Shown in pieces: positions 12,716-21,109 of a DNA stretch of 32,000 nucleotides. Numbering within the stretch: position 1 is the first letter of the stretch; each line of letters begins with the position of its first letter. The notes under the pieces were generated by a model. It searched no databases and was not told the DNA's origin. It worked only from the letters and a program-made list of their open reading frames with translations. This DNA comes from Candidatus Methylomirabilis oxygeniifera (lineage in GTDB: Bacteria > Methylomirabilota > Methylomirabilia > Methylomirabilales > Methylomirabilaceae). A program made the translations under genes and the position numbers. The stretch is taken from the NCBI GenBank assembly GCA_000091165.1, contig FP565575.1:1530001-1562000 (forward strand). The letters are read 5' to 3'.

Positions 12716-13572
12716 CGTTCACCTATTCGCATGGGGTAGTGTTCGTATGCAGGAATGTCGGTAGCCTGCCGCACTATCTTGGCCTCGGTGGGTATCTGCT
12801 CACTAAAGCGGAAGATGCTCGTCCCCGCATCAGCCGAGACGCCGGTTTCCCGGATCACTTGACGCATGTGCTGATCGGCGCCGGCGCCGCCTAAGGCAAT
12901 TGCCTTGTAGATGAGTTCGGCACGACACCAGTCGTCCGGCGTATCAATATCGACGCTACGCCACGCTGGGATTTCAATCCCGCAACCATGACTGTGAACA
13001 GGTTTACCTGATAACCATGTACCAGGATTGCCCCAATAGAACTGGCCGGCGTCATAGAAAGCAGGTTCGAGATCTTGCGTTCTGGCGTGCACATAGTTGT
13101 TATAGAACGGGCTCACTGTTCCATCTGGTGACAACCGAAGCGCGCGCTGAATCGCGGAGGGAAAGGCCACAACCGGGAACACATAATCCAGTTTTGTTTC
13201 TACCAGAATGGTCATCGCGGCTTGAAGATCCTCAATTCGTAACATCGGAACACAAGGATAGACGCAACAGACAGCTTGGATTATGCTGACGGGCACTTGG
13301 CAGTTCTCGATGGCGTGGGCCACCACAGGGACAGTCGGCGTATGGTCATCGGCTAACTCATCAGGCCTGATAAATGGGATCTCCGCTCCCCACGTTCGCG
13401 AGACCTCTGCTATTTCCACGTCATCAGTCGATACGATGACTTTATCAAAGAGATTGCTCGCTTTTGCGGTGAGGATAGCGTGGGCAATCATGGGCTTGCC
13501 TGCAAACTCGCGGATGTTCTTGCGAGGGATTCTCTTGCTGCCGCCGCGTGCCGGAATGATGGCAACATTCAT
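12712..13572 (-). CDS. pseF: Pseudaminic acid cytidylyltransferase
   Basis: 'MNVAIIPARGGSKRIPRKNIREFAGKPMIAHAILTAKASNLFDKVIVSTDDVEIAEVSRTWGAEIPFIRPDELADDHTPTVPVV'. Start reassigned to ATG at 13572. Confidence 0.92.
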   Translation of the reverse strand: MNVAIIPARGGSKRIPRKNIREFAGKPMIAHAILTAKASNLFDKVIVSTDDVEIAEVSRTWGAEIPFIRPDELADDHTPTVPVVAHAIENCQVPVSIIQAVCCVYPCVPMLRIEDLQAAMTILVETKLDYVFPVVAFPSAIQRALRLSPDGTVSPFYNNYVHARTQDLEPAFYDAGQFYWGNPGTWLSGKPVHSHGCGIEIPAWRSVDIDTPDDWCRAELIYKAIALGGAGADQHMRQVIRETGVSADAGTSIFRFSEQIPTEAKIVRQATDIPAYEHYPMRIGER

Positions 13573-14723
13573 AAGAGCTTCCTTAATGCCTCCACCACCC
13601 GATCCTGCTCGTCTTCGGTCAGGGCAGGATAGAGCGGCAGAGTGATGGCCTCTTCGCCGTGAGCCTCGGCTTCCGGACACTGTCCAGGGCCGAAACCCAG
13701 GTTGCGGTAATAGGGCTGCAAGTGCACCGGCATGTAGTGTACGTTTACGCCAATGTCCGCAGCGCGCAGGGCCTCGAAGATTTCCCGATGGGTCTTTGTG
13801 AGCGTCTCTCGGTTCAAGCGCACCACATAGAGGTGGAAGGCGGAATAGTTTTCCGGCTTCACGGTCGGCAGCCGCAAAGGTAGCCCTTGGAGCGCGTCGT
13901 CATAGCGAGCAGCCAGGACATTACGGCGCTTCACCCATTCATCCAGTTGCGCGAGTTGACTCAAGCCCAAAGCCGCCTGGATGTCGGTCATGCGGTAGTT
14001 GAAACCCAACACCTGTTGTTCATAGGCCCACGGTCCAGCGGATGGCTGTGCCATGTGCTCGGGCTCGCGGGTGATCCCGTGAGTGCGCAGCTTGTCCATG
14101 CGCCATGCGTGTTCTTGGCTGTTAGAAAGCGCCATGCCGCCTTCGCCAGTGGTGATGATCTTGACCGGATGGAAGCTAAACACGGTGATGTCCGACCAGC
14201 GGCAACTACCCACCGGCTCGCCGTAGCGGGAGGCGCCGATAGCATGAGACGCATCCTCGACGACCTTGAAGCCGAACTCTTGCGCCAGCTCCCAAATCGC
14301 TTCCTGATCGGTGGGTTGGCCGGCGAAGTGTACCGGCACCACCACCTTAGGCAGACGCGTGTCTCGCTTGGCCTTAACGAGCTTCTTACGCAGCCGAGGC
14401 ACGCTTAGGTTCCACGTATCGGGGTCGATGTCGACAAAGTCTACCTCGGCGCCACAATAGCGCCCGCAGTTAGCCGATGCCACAAAGGTATTAGGTAACG
14501 TCCAGAGTCGATCACCCGGTCTAAGGTCCAGCGCCAGACAAGCAATGTGGAGAGCCGAAGTACCGGAATTCGTAGCGACGGCGTACCTCGCTCCCACCTT
14601 GGCGGCAACCGCCTGTTCAAAGCGGGGCACCATAGGCCCCTGGGTGAGCCAATCTGAACGCAACACTGCGACCACCGCGTCGATGTCTGCTTGGCTGATA
14701 TCCTGTCGGCCGTAAGGGATCAT
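13569..14723 (-). CDS. pseC: UDP-4-amino-4,6-dideoxy-N-acetyl-beta-L-altrosamine transaminase (DegT/DnrJ/EryC1)
   Basis: 'MIPYGRQDISQADIDAVVAVLRSDWLTQGPMVPRFEQAVAAKVGARYAVATNSGTSALHIACLAL...FSFHPVKIITTGEGGMALSNS...LGFNYRMTDIQAALGLSQL'. Confidence 0.93.
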   Translation of the reverse strand: MIPYGRQDISQADIDAVVAVLRSDWLTQGPMVPRFEQAVAAKVGARYAVATNSGTSALHIACLALDLRPGDRLWTLPNTFVASANCGRYCGAEVDFVDIDPDTWNLSVPRLRKKLVKAKRDTRLPKVVVPVHFAGQPTDQEAIWELAQEFGFKVVEDASHAIGASRYGEPVGSCRWSDITVFSFHPVKIITTGEGGMALSNSQEHAWRMDKLRTHGITREPEHMAQPSAGPWAYEQQVLGFNYRMTDIQAALGLSQLAQLDEWVKRRNVLAARYDDALQGLPLRLPTVKPENYSAFHLYVVRLNRETLTKTHREIFEALRAADIGVNVHYMPVHLQPYYRNLGFGPGQCPEAEAHGEEAITLPLYPALTEDEQDRVVEALRKLL

Positions 14724-14726
14724 GTG

Positions 14727-15725
14727 TCAAAGGTGCTCGATCTTGTTGCGATACCGATCAATCCAGTCCCGCAGGGTGTCGATAGTCATCCACTCCGAGT
14801 TGTTGTCGGAACGATAACTGAAATCCGGATCGACCTTCTTACCGCCATTGTTACGAGCCGGATCCCAACTCCAGTTATGTATCGCAGGCAAAATCTTGAA
14901 GTGGTCCGCATACGCATAGGTATACGGCGCATCTTCCATGCCGATCATCTGCTCGTGAACCTTTTCGCCTGGGCGAATGCCAACGATTTTCAGGTGCGCA
15001 TCCGGGGCAACGGCGCGCGCAATATCGGTAAGCTTCATCGATGGGATTCTCTTGACGTAGATCTCGCCTCCCACCATATTGTTAAAGGCATGCCATACTA
15101 GCTCCACACCTTGTTCGAGGGTAATCATAAAGCGGGTCATCCGTTCATCGGTAATCGGCAACACACCCGTATGGGCCACGCTCATGAGAAATGGAATAAC
15201 CGAGCCGCGCGATCCCATGACATTGCCGTATCGTACGATGGCAAATCGGGTCTCACTGGCGCCCGAATAAGAGTTGCCGGCAATAAATAGCTTATCGGAG
15301 GCTAGCTTGGTCGCACCATAGAGATTGATCGGGTTGCTGGCCTTATCGGTGGACAGTGCGACCACCCGCTTTACGCGTCGGTCAATGCCGGCATCGACGA
15401 GGTTCATTGCCCCCATGACGTTCGTCTTCACACACTCGAAAGGATTATATTCGGCCGTTGGTACGATCTTGGTTGCGGCGGCATGCACGACATAGTCGAT
15501 GCCATCCAGGGCACGGACGAGTCGCTCTTTGTCCCGCACATCACCGATGAAGAATCGTACCCGCTCGTCATCGCCATAGAGCTTAGCCATCTCCCACTGT
15601 TTCATCTCGTCACGCGAAAAAATGACCAGGCGCCGTGGGTTGTATTTCGCAAGGGTCATGGGCACAAAGGTGTGGCCGAAGGAACCTGTGCCGCCACTGA
15701 TGAGGATGGAAGAGTTTGTCAGCAT
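14727..15725 (-). CDS. pseB: UDP-N-acetylglucosamine 4,6-dehydratase (inverting)
   Basis: 'MLTNSSILISGGTGSFGHTFVPMTLAKYNPRRLVIFSRDEMKQWEMAKLYGDDERVRFFIGDVRDKERLVRALDGIDYVVHAAATKIVPTAEYNPFECVKTNVMGAMNLVDAGIDRRVKRVVALSTDKASNPINLYGATKLASDK'. Confidence 0.95.
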   Translation of the reverse strand: MLTNSSILISGGTGSFGHTFVPMTLAKYNPRRLVIFSRDEMKQWEMAKLYGDDERVRFFIGDVRDKERLVRALDGIDYVVHAAATKIVPTAEYNPFECVKTNVMGAMNLVDAGIDRRVKRVVALSTDKASNPINLYGATKLASDKLFIAGNSYSGASETRFAIVRYGNVMGSRGSVIPFLMSVAHTGVLPITDERMTRFMITLEQGVELVWHAFNNMVGGEIYVKRIPSMKLTDIARAVAPDAHLKIVGIRPGEKVHEQMIGMEDAPYTYAYADHFKILPAIHNWSWDPARNNGGKKVDPDFSYRSDNNSEWMTIDTLRDWIDRYRNKIEHL

Positions 15726-16241
15726 GGAAATCCGACTCTCATAATTACCGCTCTATTGGCTTTCGTATGGGTAAGGATCGAACCCTCCGCGGTAGAAAAT
15801 GGCTGCTTTCATTATGGCCCTTGCTCACTGCTTGGATTCGATCAGTGACGTCATCTGGAGTAACGCAAGCCGTGTGCCATCAGGAATGGCCAGAGTATCC
15901 CACGTAACTAGTTGAAAACACGATGACAGATCCTTCTCCTGGAGATCAGGCGTCAGAAATTGGCCGATAAGATACCGGCGGGTGGGGAAAATTTTGCCGC
16001 TGGCATCAAGCAGCCCCTGAGTTACTGATTCGCGTTCGATGCGCTACAGGCGTATCGAACGAATGGCGAATGGCGCCGACAATGAGACGGTTTAAGAAAT
16101 ACAACGCCTGGAATGGAAGGCTTACGGTAGGAAAGCGTTTGAAGTGGAAAGTAACTTTAGGCTTGGATTAAGGATCCTCGACCCTCGTGCAAGGGGTAGA
16201 AGCCGTAATTAGGATCACTTGGATCTTTTCAGGAGCCATAA

Positions 16242-16372
16242 GAGCCTGTCCTGCAAACCCCTTGTTGTGGTTCAACAGGCTCACCACGAACGGAAAAGGT
16301 CAATGTTTTCAATATACACATCGTTCACCATGAGCTTGTCGAAGGTTATATGAGGGTTTTCAGGACAGGCTC
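16242..16372 (-). mobile_element. ~131-bp MITE/REP-like element, copy A (terminal inverted repeats GAGCCTGTCCTG ... CAGGACAGGCTC)
   Basis: Perfect 12-bp terminal inverted repeats at 16242-16253 and 16361-16372, flanked by ATAA (16238-16241 and 16373-16376), a possible 4-bp target duplication. Reverse complement resembles 18786-18915. Confidence 0.6.
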
Positions 16373-16446
16373 ATAAGCCACCGCAATCTTGAAGGAAAGG
16401 GCCCGTACGCTACACTGCTTCGTAACTTAACGAAAACTCAGACCTT

Positions 16447-17166
16447 TCACGGTACCCCCGTTCGCCGCAGCTCGAGATTGAAGGTGTCTCGCACATGGGC
16501 CTCGGTGAAATCGGCCTCGTCGAGATGGGCCTCGCGGAAATCGGCATCGTGAGAAGAGGCCTTCTGAAGCTTCGCGCCGCGTAGATCGCTCAGGCTAAGA
16601 TTGGCCCCTCGTAGGGTCGCCCTGCTGAGATCTGTGCCCCTCAGGGAAGCTCCGTAGAGCCGAGCATCACTGAGATCGGCTAGCTGAAGGATGGCTTCGT
16701 CCAGATCGGCCTTCAATAGATCAGCATTTCGAAGATTCGCGGATCTGATCATCGCTCGCTGCATCTTTGCTTCACGAAGATCGGCTTTTTCAAGATTCGC
16801 CTTACTCAGATTTGCTGCGTTGAGATCGGCTCGAACTAGAGAGGCCTCATTGAGATCGGCGGAACGAAGGTCGGTTTCGCGAAGATTAGTCTCCTGTAAC
16901 GATGCATGCCGCAGGCTAACACCTCGAAGATCAGCGCCGTATAGATTGGCCTTGTCAAGAACAGCTTCGCTGAAATTGAGCGAGGTAAGCTTCAGAAATC
17001 TCAGATTCATTCCCGTAAAATTTCTTGTCGTGGCCAGAATGACCTTGACTTGCTCCAGGGTCAATGGCTGATCGCGCTGATGCTCAGAATAGTTAACGGG
17101 TGCGCCCACACATGCCGAAAGGCTCAACAGCACTGCGACAAGCGCTAGAACTGTCCAGAGTTTCAT
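16447..17166 (-). CDS. Pentapeptide-repeat lipoprotein
   Basis: Signal/lipobox 'MKLWTVLALVAVLLSLSAC', then long A(D/N)Lxx periodicity ('LDKANLYGADLRGVSLRHASLQETNLRETDLRSADLNEASLVRADLNAANLSKANL...'). Confidence 0.93.
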   Translation of the reverse strand: MKLWTVLALVAVLLSLSACVGAPVNYSEHQRDQPLTLEQVKVILATTRNFTGMNLRFLKLTSLNFSEAVLDKANLYGADLRGVSLRHASLQETNLRETDLRSADLNEASLVRADLNAANLSKANLEKADLREAKMQRAMIRSANLRNADLLKADLDEAILQLADLSDARLYGASLRGTDLSRATLRGANLSLSDLRGAKLQKASSHDADFREAHLDEADFTEAHVRDTFNLELRRTGVP

Positions 17167-17463
17167 TGCGATCGTCTCCTCCTGGATTTTTTATTGGTTT
17201 CGCCTTACCCGATGGGACGCTCATTAATCATGTGCGAGACGACGAAGTGGTTGAGTTGCCCTATCTCGACACATATCCCAGAATTACCCCGTCTTGATTA
17301 ACTATCGACTGATCGAGAAGCTCGCTTGAGCAAAAAATCCCGACCGGTTTTCGACAGCGATTCTTTAGCAGATGCTTCCCCATTGCCTTGGGGCCCCGTC
17401 CCGTCACTCCATTGACCTGCTGGCTCGTCCCTGATACACTACCTTCAATCGCGGAAGGAGTTC

Positions 17464-18039
17464 ATGATGGGCACGCAGACCGTTCAGACGCGCCGTTTCA
17501 GCCGCCAGGACTACGAGCGTCTTGTGGCCGAGGGGTTTTTTCATCCGGAGGAACGACTGGAACTGGTGGACGGAGAGCTTATGATGATGACGCCACAAGG
17601 AAGCCGCCACGCGACGGCCGTCTGTTTGGCAGAAAGCGCACTCCGCTCCCTTTTCGGTGCGGGCTCCAGTGTTCGCGTGCAGTTGCCGCTTGCGTTGGAT
17701 CCGGATTCGGAACCGGAGCCGGATCTGGCTGTCGTTGTCGGTTCCCCGCGCGACTATCGGGATGCCCATCCACAGACGGCTGTCCTCATCGTTGAGGTGA
17801 CGGATACTACGCCGTCGTATGATCGGGAACGCAAGGCTCGCCTCTATGCCAAGGCCGGCATTCCGGAGTATTGGATCGTCAATCTCCTGGAGGGGTACGT
17901 AGAAATCTATCGTCATCCTGCCATCGTCAGCTCTTCAGGCGCAGCGTATCAAAGCCGTTCGGTCGCCTCTTCCTCCGATACCATCTCGCCGTTGGCGGCT
18001 CCGGAGAGATCCCTTATGGTCGCCGATCTGCTCCCGTAA
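17464..18039 (+). CDS. Uma2-family (DUF820) putative restriction-endonuclease-like protein, copy 1
   Basis: 'SRQDYERLVAEGFFHPEERLELVDGELMMMTPQGSRHA...SEPEPDLAVVVGSPRDY...AVLIVEVTDTTPSYDRERKARLYAKAGIPEYWIVNLLEGYVEIYR'. Confidence 0.88.
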   Translation: MMGTQTVQTRRFSRQDYERLVAEGFFHPEERLELVDGELMMMTPQGSRHATAVCLAESALRSLFGAGSSVRVQLPLALDPDSEPEPDLAVVVGSPRDYRDAHPQTAVLIVEVTDTTPSYDRERKARLYAKAGIPEYWIVNLLEGYVEIYRHPAIVSSSGAAYQSRSVASSSDTISPLAAPERSLMVADLLP

Positions 18040-18336
18040 CGCAATCCTGGCTTAGCTGGTGATGCAGATTATCTCTCGGCCACCCGTTTGAGTGCCTCCG
18101 CGACGCTCACTACCCACGTGCCATCCGGCAGCGTGTACGCGACGCTGGTACGGCACACGATCATTTTCTGGCCGACTCATCCCTTTTCGACGGTCACCCA
18201 ACTGGCTTGCTCTGTCTCGTCTTGCATGGCAATTGCAACGGAAATGGTTCGCTGTTATACTAAGTGACAAGAGGAAGATGCGCATCGCGCGCTTCCAAGA
18301 GATTGTCCTACGACCTTGCCAATCGAGGAGGCGGGT

Positions 18337-18567
18337 ATGACCTTAGAAACAACGACTTACGACTCGCCAATTGATGCCCTAGTGGCCTTGGTTCAGGTCC
18401 TCGCCAGCTACGAGCAGCGTTATCGGATGACCTCCGCACAATTCTTTGCCACGTACAAAGAGGGGAAGCTAGAGGATTCGGCGGACTTTGTCGAGTGGAC
18501 CGGAGATTACCAGCATTATCTTGGTCTCTTTCAGGAACTCAAGGATCGATTGAAAACTGCCGCATGA
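18337..18567 (+). CDS. Small TumA-like putative antitoxin
   Basis: 'MTLETTTYDSPIDALVALVQVLASYEQRYRMTSAQFFATYKEGKLEDSADFVEWTGDYQHYLGLFQELKDRLKTAA'; directly precedes and overlaps a DUF6516/TumE-like ORF. Confidence 0.55.
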   Translation: MTLETTTYDSPIDALVALVQVLASYEQRYRMTSAQFFATYKEGKLEDSADFVEWTGDYQHYLGLFQELKDRLKTAA

Positions 18568-18740
18568 GTCCCCTCCATGACTACCTTGCGCAGGTCCAGC
18601 AAGCCATCAGCGCCCTCCCCTGGATCCAGATTGAGGAGTATTGGGCACAACTTCTTACGGCTACCCGAGCAAACCTCCGCATCAGGCTCCAGTTAGCAGA
18701 CAACTCCCTCCTGGTCCACGGTAAACAGAGGCCCGTATAG
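18564..18740 (+). pseudogene. Truncated TumE-like (DUF6516) toxin fragment
   Basis: 'MSPLHDYLAQVQQAISALPWIQIEEYWAQLLTATRANLRIRLQLADNSLLVHGKQRPV*' matches my recollection of the N-terminal part of the family; the expected downstream Y-R-Y-H portion is missing before the stop. Confidence 0.45.
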
Positions 18741-18785
18741 TCAGCTTCCGTGAATGAGAACAGGGGATCGAAGCAGATGTGGGCG

Positions 18786-18915
18786 GAGCCTGTCTTACAA
18801 ACCCTCATGTACCCTTCGACAGGCTCAGGGTGAAGGGAATATGTATCGAACACATTGACCGTTTCCGTTCGTACCGAGCATGTCGAAGCATGAACGGGGG
18901 TTTGTCGGACAGGCC
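18786..18915 (+). mobile_element. ~130-bp MITE/REP-like element, copy B
   Basis: gagcctgtcttacaaaccctcatgtacccttcgacaggctc...cattgaccgtttccgttcgt...gggggtttgtcggacaggcc; closely resembles the reverse complement of 16242-16372. Confidence 0.6.
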
Positions 18916-19103
18916 GATAATGTAATTCCTTAAGGTCGCAGAGCCGTCCGGCTGGACCCCGACATCATTTCTCGCCAGATACTTCCACATTGCCTACTCA
19001 GAAACTGGCTAAGTTTCTGCCACCTACGGGTCAGCGAACGCTGGATGGGATACTCGCAATGACCACACGGCGGCCGGCAAACGAAATTAGGACAGCACCG
19101 GGT

Positions 19104-19733
19104 CATTGACCTGCTCGATCGGCCCTGATACACTACCTTCAGTCGCAGGAGGAGTCCACGATGGGCACACAGACTGTTCAGACACGTCGTTTCAGCCGCC
19201 AGGACTATGAGCGGCTTGTGGCGGAAGGGTTTTTTCATCCGGAAGAACGACTGGAGCTGGTGGACGGAGAGCTCGTTATGATGACGCCGCAAGGAAGCCG
19301 GCACGCAACAGCCGTTCGCCTGACGGAAGATGCGCTGCGCGCTGTCTTCGGTATCGGCTTCGATGTCCGCGTGCAGTTGCCGCTGGCGTTGGATCCGGAC
19401 TCAGAACCGGAGCCGGATCTGGCCGTTGTTGTCGGTTCCCCGCGCGACTATCGGGATGCCCATCCCCAGACAGCGGTCCTCATCGTTGAGGTGACGGATA
19501 CCACGCGGTCGTACGATCGGGAGCGCAAGGCCCGCCTCTATGCCAGGGCCGGCATTCCGGAGTATTGGATCGTCAATCTCCTGGAGGGGTACGTAGAAAT
19601 CTATCGTCATCCTGCCATTGTCAGCTCTTCAGACGCAGCGTATCAAAGCCGTTCTATCGCCTCTTCCTCCGACACCATCTCGCCGGTGGCGGCTCCAGAG
19701 AGGTCCCTCGCGGTCGCTGATCTGCTCCCGTGA
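19104..19733 (+). repeat. Segmental duplication of 17410-18039 (57 bp upstream leader plus Uma2 ORF)
   Basis: Gap-free alignment at offset 1694, e.g. cattgacctgct..cg..ccctgatacactaccttca.tcgc.g.aggagt.ca.gatgggcac. Confidence 0.85.
19161..19733 (+). CDS. Uma2-family (DUF820) protein, copy 2
   Basis: About 92% identical to 17467-18039 in translation. Confidence 0.88.
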   Translation: MGTQTVQTRRFSRQDYERLVAEGFFHPEERLELVDGELVMMTPQGSRHATAVRLTEDALRAVFGIGFDVRVQLPLALDPDSEPEPDLAVVVGSPRDYRDAHPQTAVLIVEVTDTTRSYDRERKARLYARAGIPEYWIVNLLEGYVEIYRHPAIVSSSDAAYQSRSIASSSDTISPVAAPERSLAVADLLP

Positions 19734-19812
19734 CACCATCCAATCAGATAGTTGCGCGTTACTTGATTCCACTCCATGCCCATGCTAGACTTTCGCCTGT
19801 AGGAGGGAGACC

Positions 19813-20376
19813 ATGACCGTTCAACTCTGCAGACGACTGTTCACTGTCGATGAGTACGAACGAATGGCTGCGACCGGCATTTTCGGTGAAGACGATCGCA
19901 TCGAGCTGATTGATGGAGAGATCGTGACCATGACGCCCATCGGAAGCCGACACGCCGGGACCGTGAATCGTCTGCTGAATCTTTTTATGCCCTTGCAAGC
20001 TGAGCGAACAGCACAACTGAGCATTCAGAATCCGATCCGTCTCAGCGAGCATTCAGAACCTCAACCTGACCTGGCTCTCCTCAGACCGCGGTCTGACTTC
20101 TATGCGTCGTCGCACCCCGGACCCCGGGATGTGTTCCTGCTTGTAGAAGTCGCTGAAACCTCGACAGATTTCGATCGGCAAATTACGTTGCCCTTGTATG
20201 CGAAGGCCGGGATCCCTGAGGTCTGGTTGGTCGATCTGGCAACGGAACAGATCATGGCCTTCAGCGATCCTATGCCTACCGGATATCGGCGATCTGCGAC
20301 TTACCCAAGGGATGCTGCATTGGCCCCTCTCGCGTTTCCTTCCACCCTGCTCCCAGCCGACGCGATCCTGGCTTAG
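19813..20376 (+). CDS. Uma2-family (DUF820) protein, divergent third paralog
   Basis: 'MTVQLCRRLFTVDEYERMAATGIFGEDDRIELIDGEIVTMTPIGSRHAGTVNRL...SEPQPDLALLRPRSDFY...VFLLVEVAETSTDFDRQITLPLYAKAGIPEVWLVDL'. Confidence 0.9.
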   Translation: MTVQLCRRLFTVDEYERMAATGIFGEDDRIELIDGEIVTMTPIGSRHAGTVNRLLNLFMPLQAERTAQLSIQNPIRLSEHSEPQPDLALLRPRSDFYASSHPGPRDVFLLVEVAETSTDFDRQITLPLYAKAGIPEVWLVDLATEQIMAFSDPMPTGYRRSATYPRDAALAPLAFPSTLLPADAILA

Positions 20377-20395
20377 GGCAGATTCCCTAGAGCGG

Positions 20396-20647
20396 TTACG
20401 GGATGTTCTGTTTCGGAAAGAGGGCGCGGAGCTTTTCGCTCAGCGCCCCTGTATGCGAGAGACCGAGTGTGCTGGCCTGAAGGTTCTGCTCTCGAATCCG
20501 TTCATAGATCTCGCCTCGATGGATTGTCACCTCCTGGGGCGCCGAGATACCGAGGCGGACCTGCGAACCGCGGACCTCTATGACGTTAATGACGATCGAT
20601 TCTCCGATCGTAATCTTCTCGCCGAGCTTCCTCGTCAGGATCAACAT
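20396..20647 (-). CDS. csrA: Carbon storage regulator CsrA
   Basis: '[51 protein letters not shown]'. Confidence 0.97.
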   Translation of the reverse strand: MLILTRKLGEKITIGESIVINVIEVRGSQVRLGISAPQEVTIHRGEIYERIREQNLQASTLGLSHTGALSEKLRALFPKQNIP

Positions 20648-20653
20648 CGCGGC

Positions 20654-21106
20654 TCATTCGTGTTCCGGAAGCAGCAAATATTGTAAGGGGTAGGTCCCGT
20701 CTGAAAGCACCACCTGTCGGCCGAGCCGATGAGTACGGTTCACGCAGATCGGCGCCATGAGGTTGGCTGCCACGCCGCCGTTTCCCTCAAACGTCACGAC
20801 CACGAACAGCTCCAGTTCCTCCATATTCCTCGCTTCAAGGGCCTCCAGGTCCGTCGCCGGAATGGGTGGCGAATAGTCGGTCAGGAAATCGGCACACCTG
20901 AGCAATGGGATGGCGACATCCGAAGTGTCCAGTGCGATCAGGAGCGTCAGCGGCTGGAGCCCTTCTCTGTCACACAAAAAGAACCGGGCCAGCTCTTCGA
21001 ATCCCGGCAGTCCTTGGGGGAAGTAGAACACAGTCTGTTCGGCTAACGCGCCGTCCATAGTCATAGTCCTCTGATCACCAACTGGCTCGTGCGTCATCAT
21101 CGTCAT
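20654..21106 (-). CDS. fliW: Flagellar assembly factor FliW
   Basis: 'FYFPQGLPGFEELARFFLCDREGLQPLTLLIALDTSDVAIPLLRCADFLTDY...NLMAPICVNRTHRLGRQVVLSDGTYPLQYLL'. True start may be downstream of 21106. Confidence 0.93.
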   Translation of the reverse strand: MTMMTHEPVGDQRTMTMDGALAEQTVFYFPQGLPGFEELARFFLCDREGLQPLTLLIALDTSDVAIPLLRCADFLTDYSPPIPATDLEALEARNMEELELFVVVTFEGNGGVAANLMAPICVNRTHRLGRQVVLSDGTYPLQYLLLPEHE

Positions 21107-21109
21107 ACG

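Noticed and set aside
17388-17916. Plus (17388-17795) and minus (17404-17916) overlapping ORFs in the Uma2 region
   Set aside because: Alternative-frame/antisense shadows of the clear Uma2 ORF; the same shadow appears in the duplicate copy.
18069-18164. 31-aa minus ORF 'MIVCRTSVAYTLPDGTWVVSVAEALKRVAER'
   Set aside because: Looks peptide-like but is too short to support without homologs or expression data.
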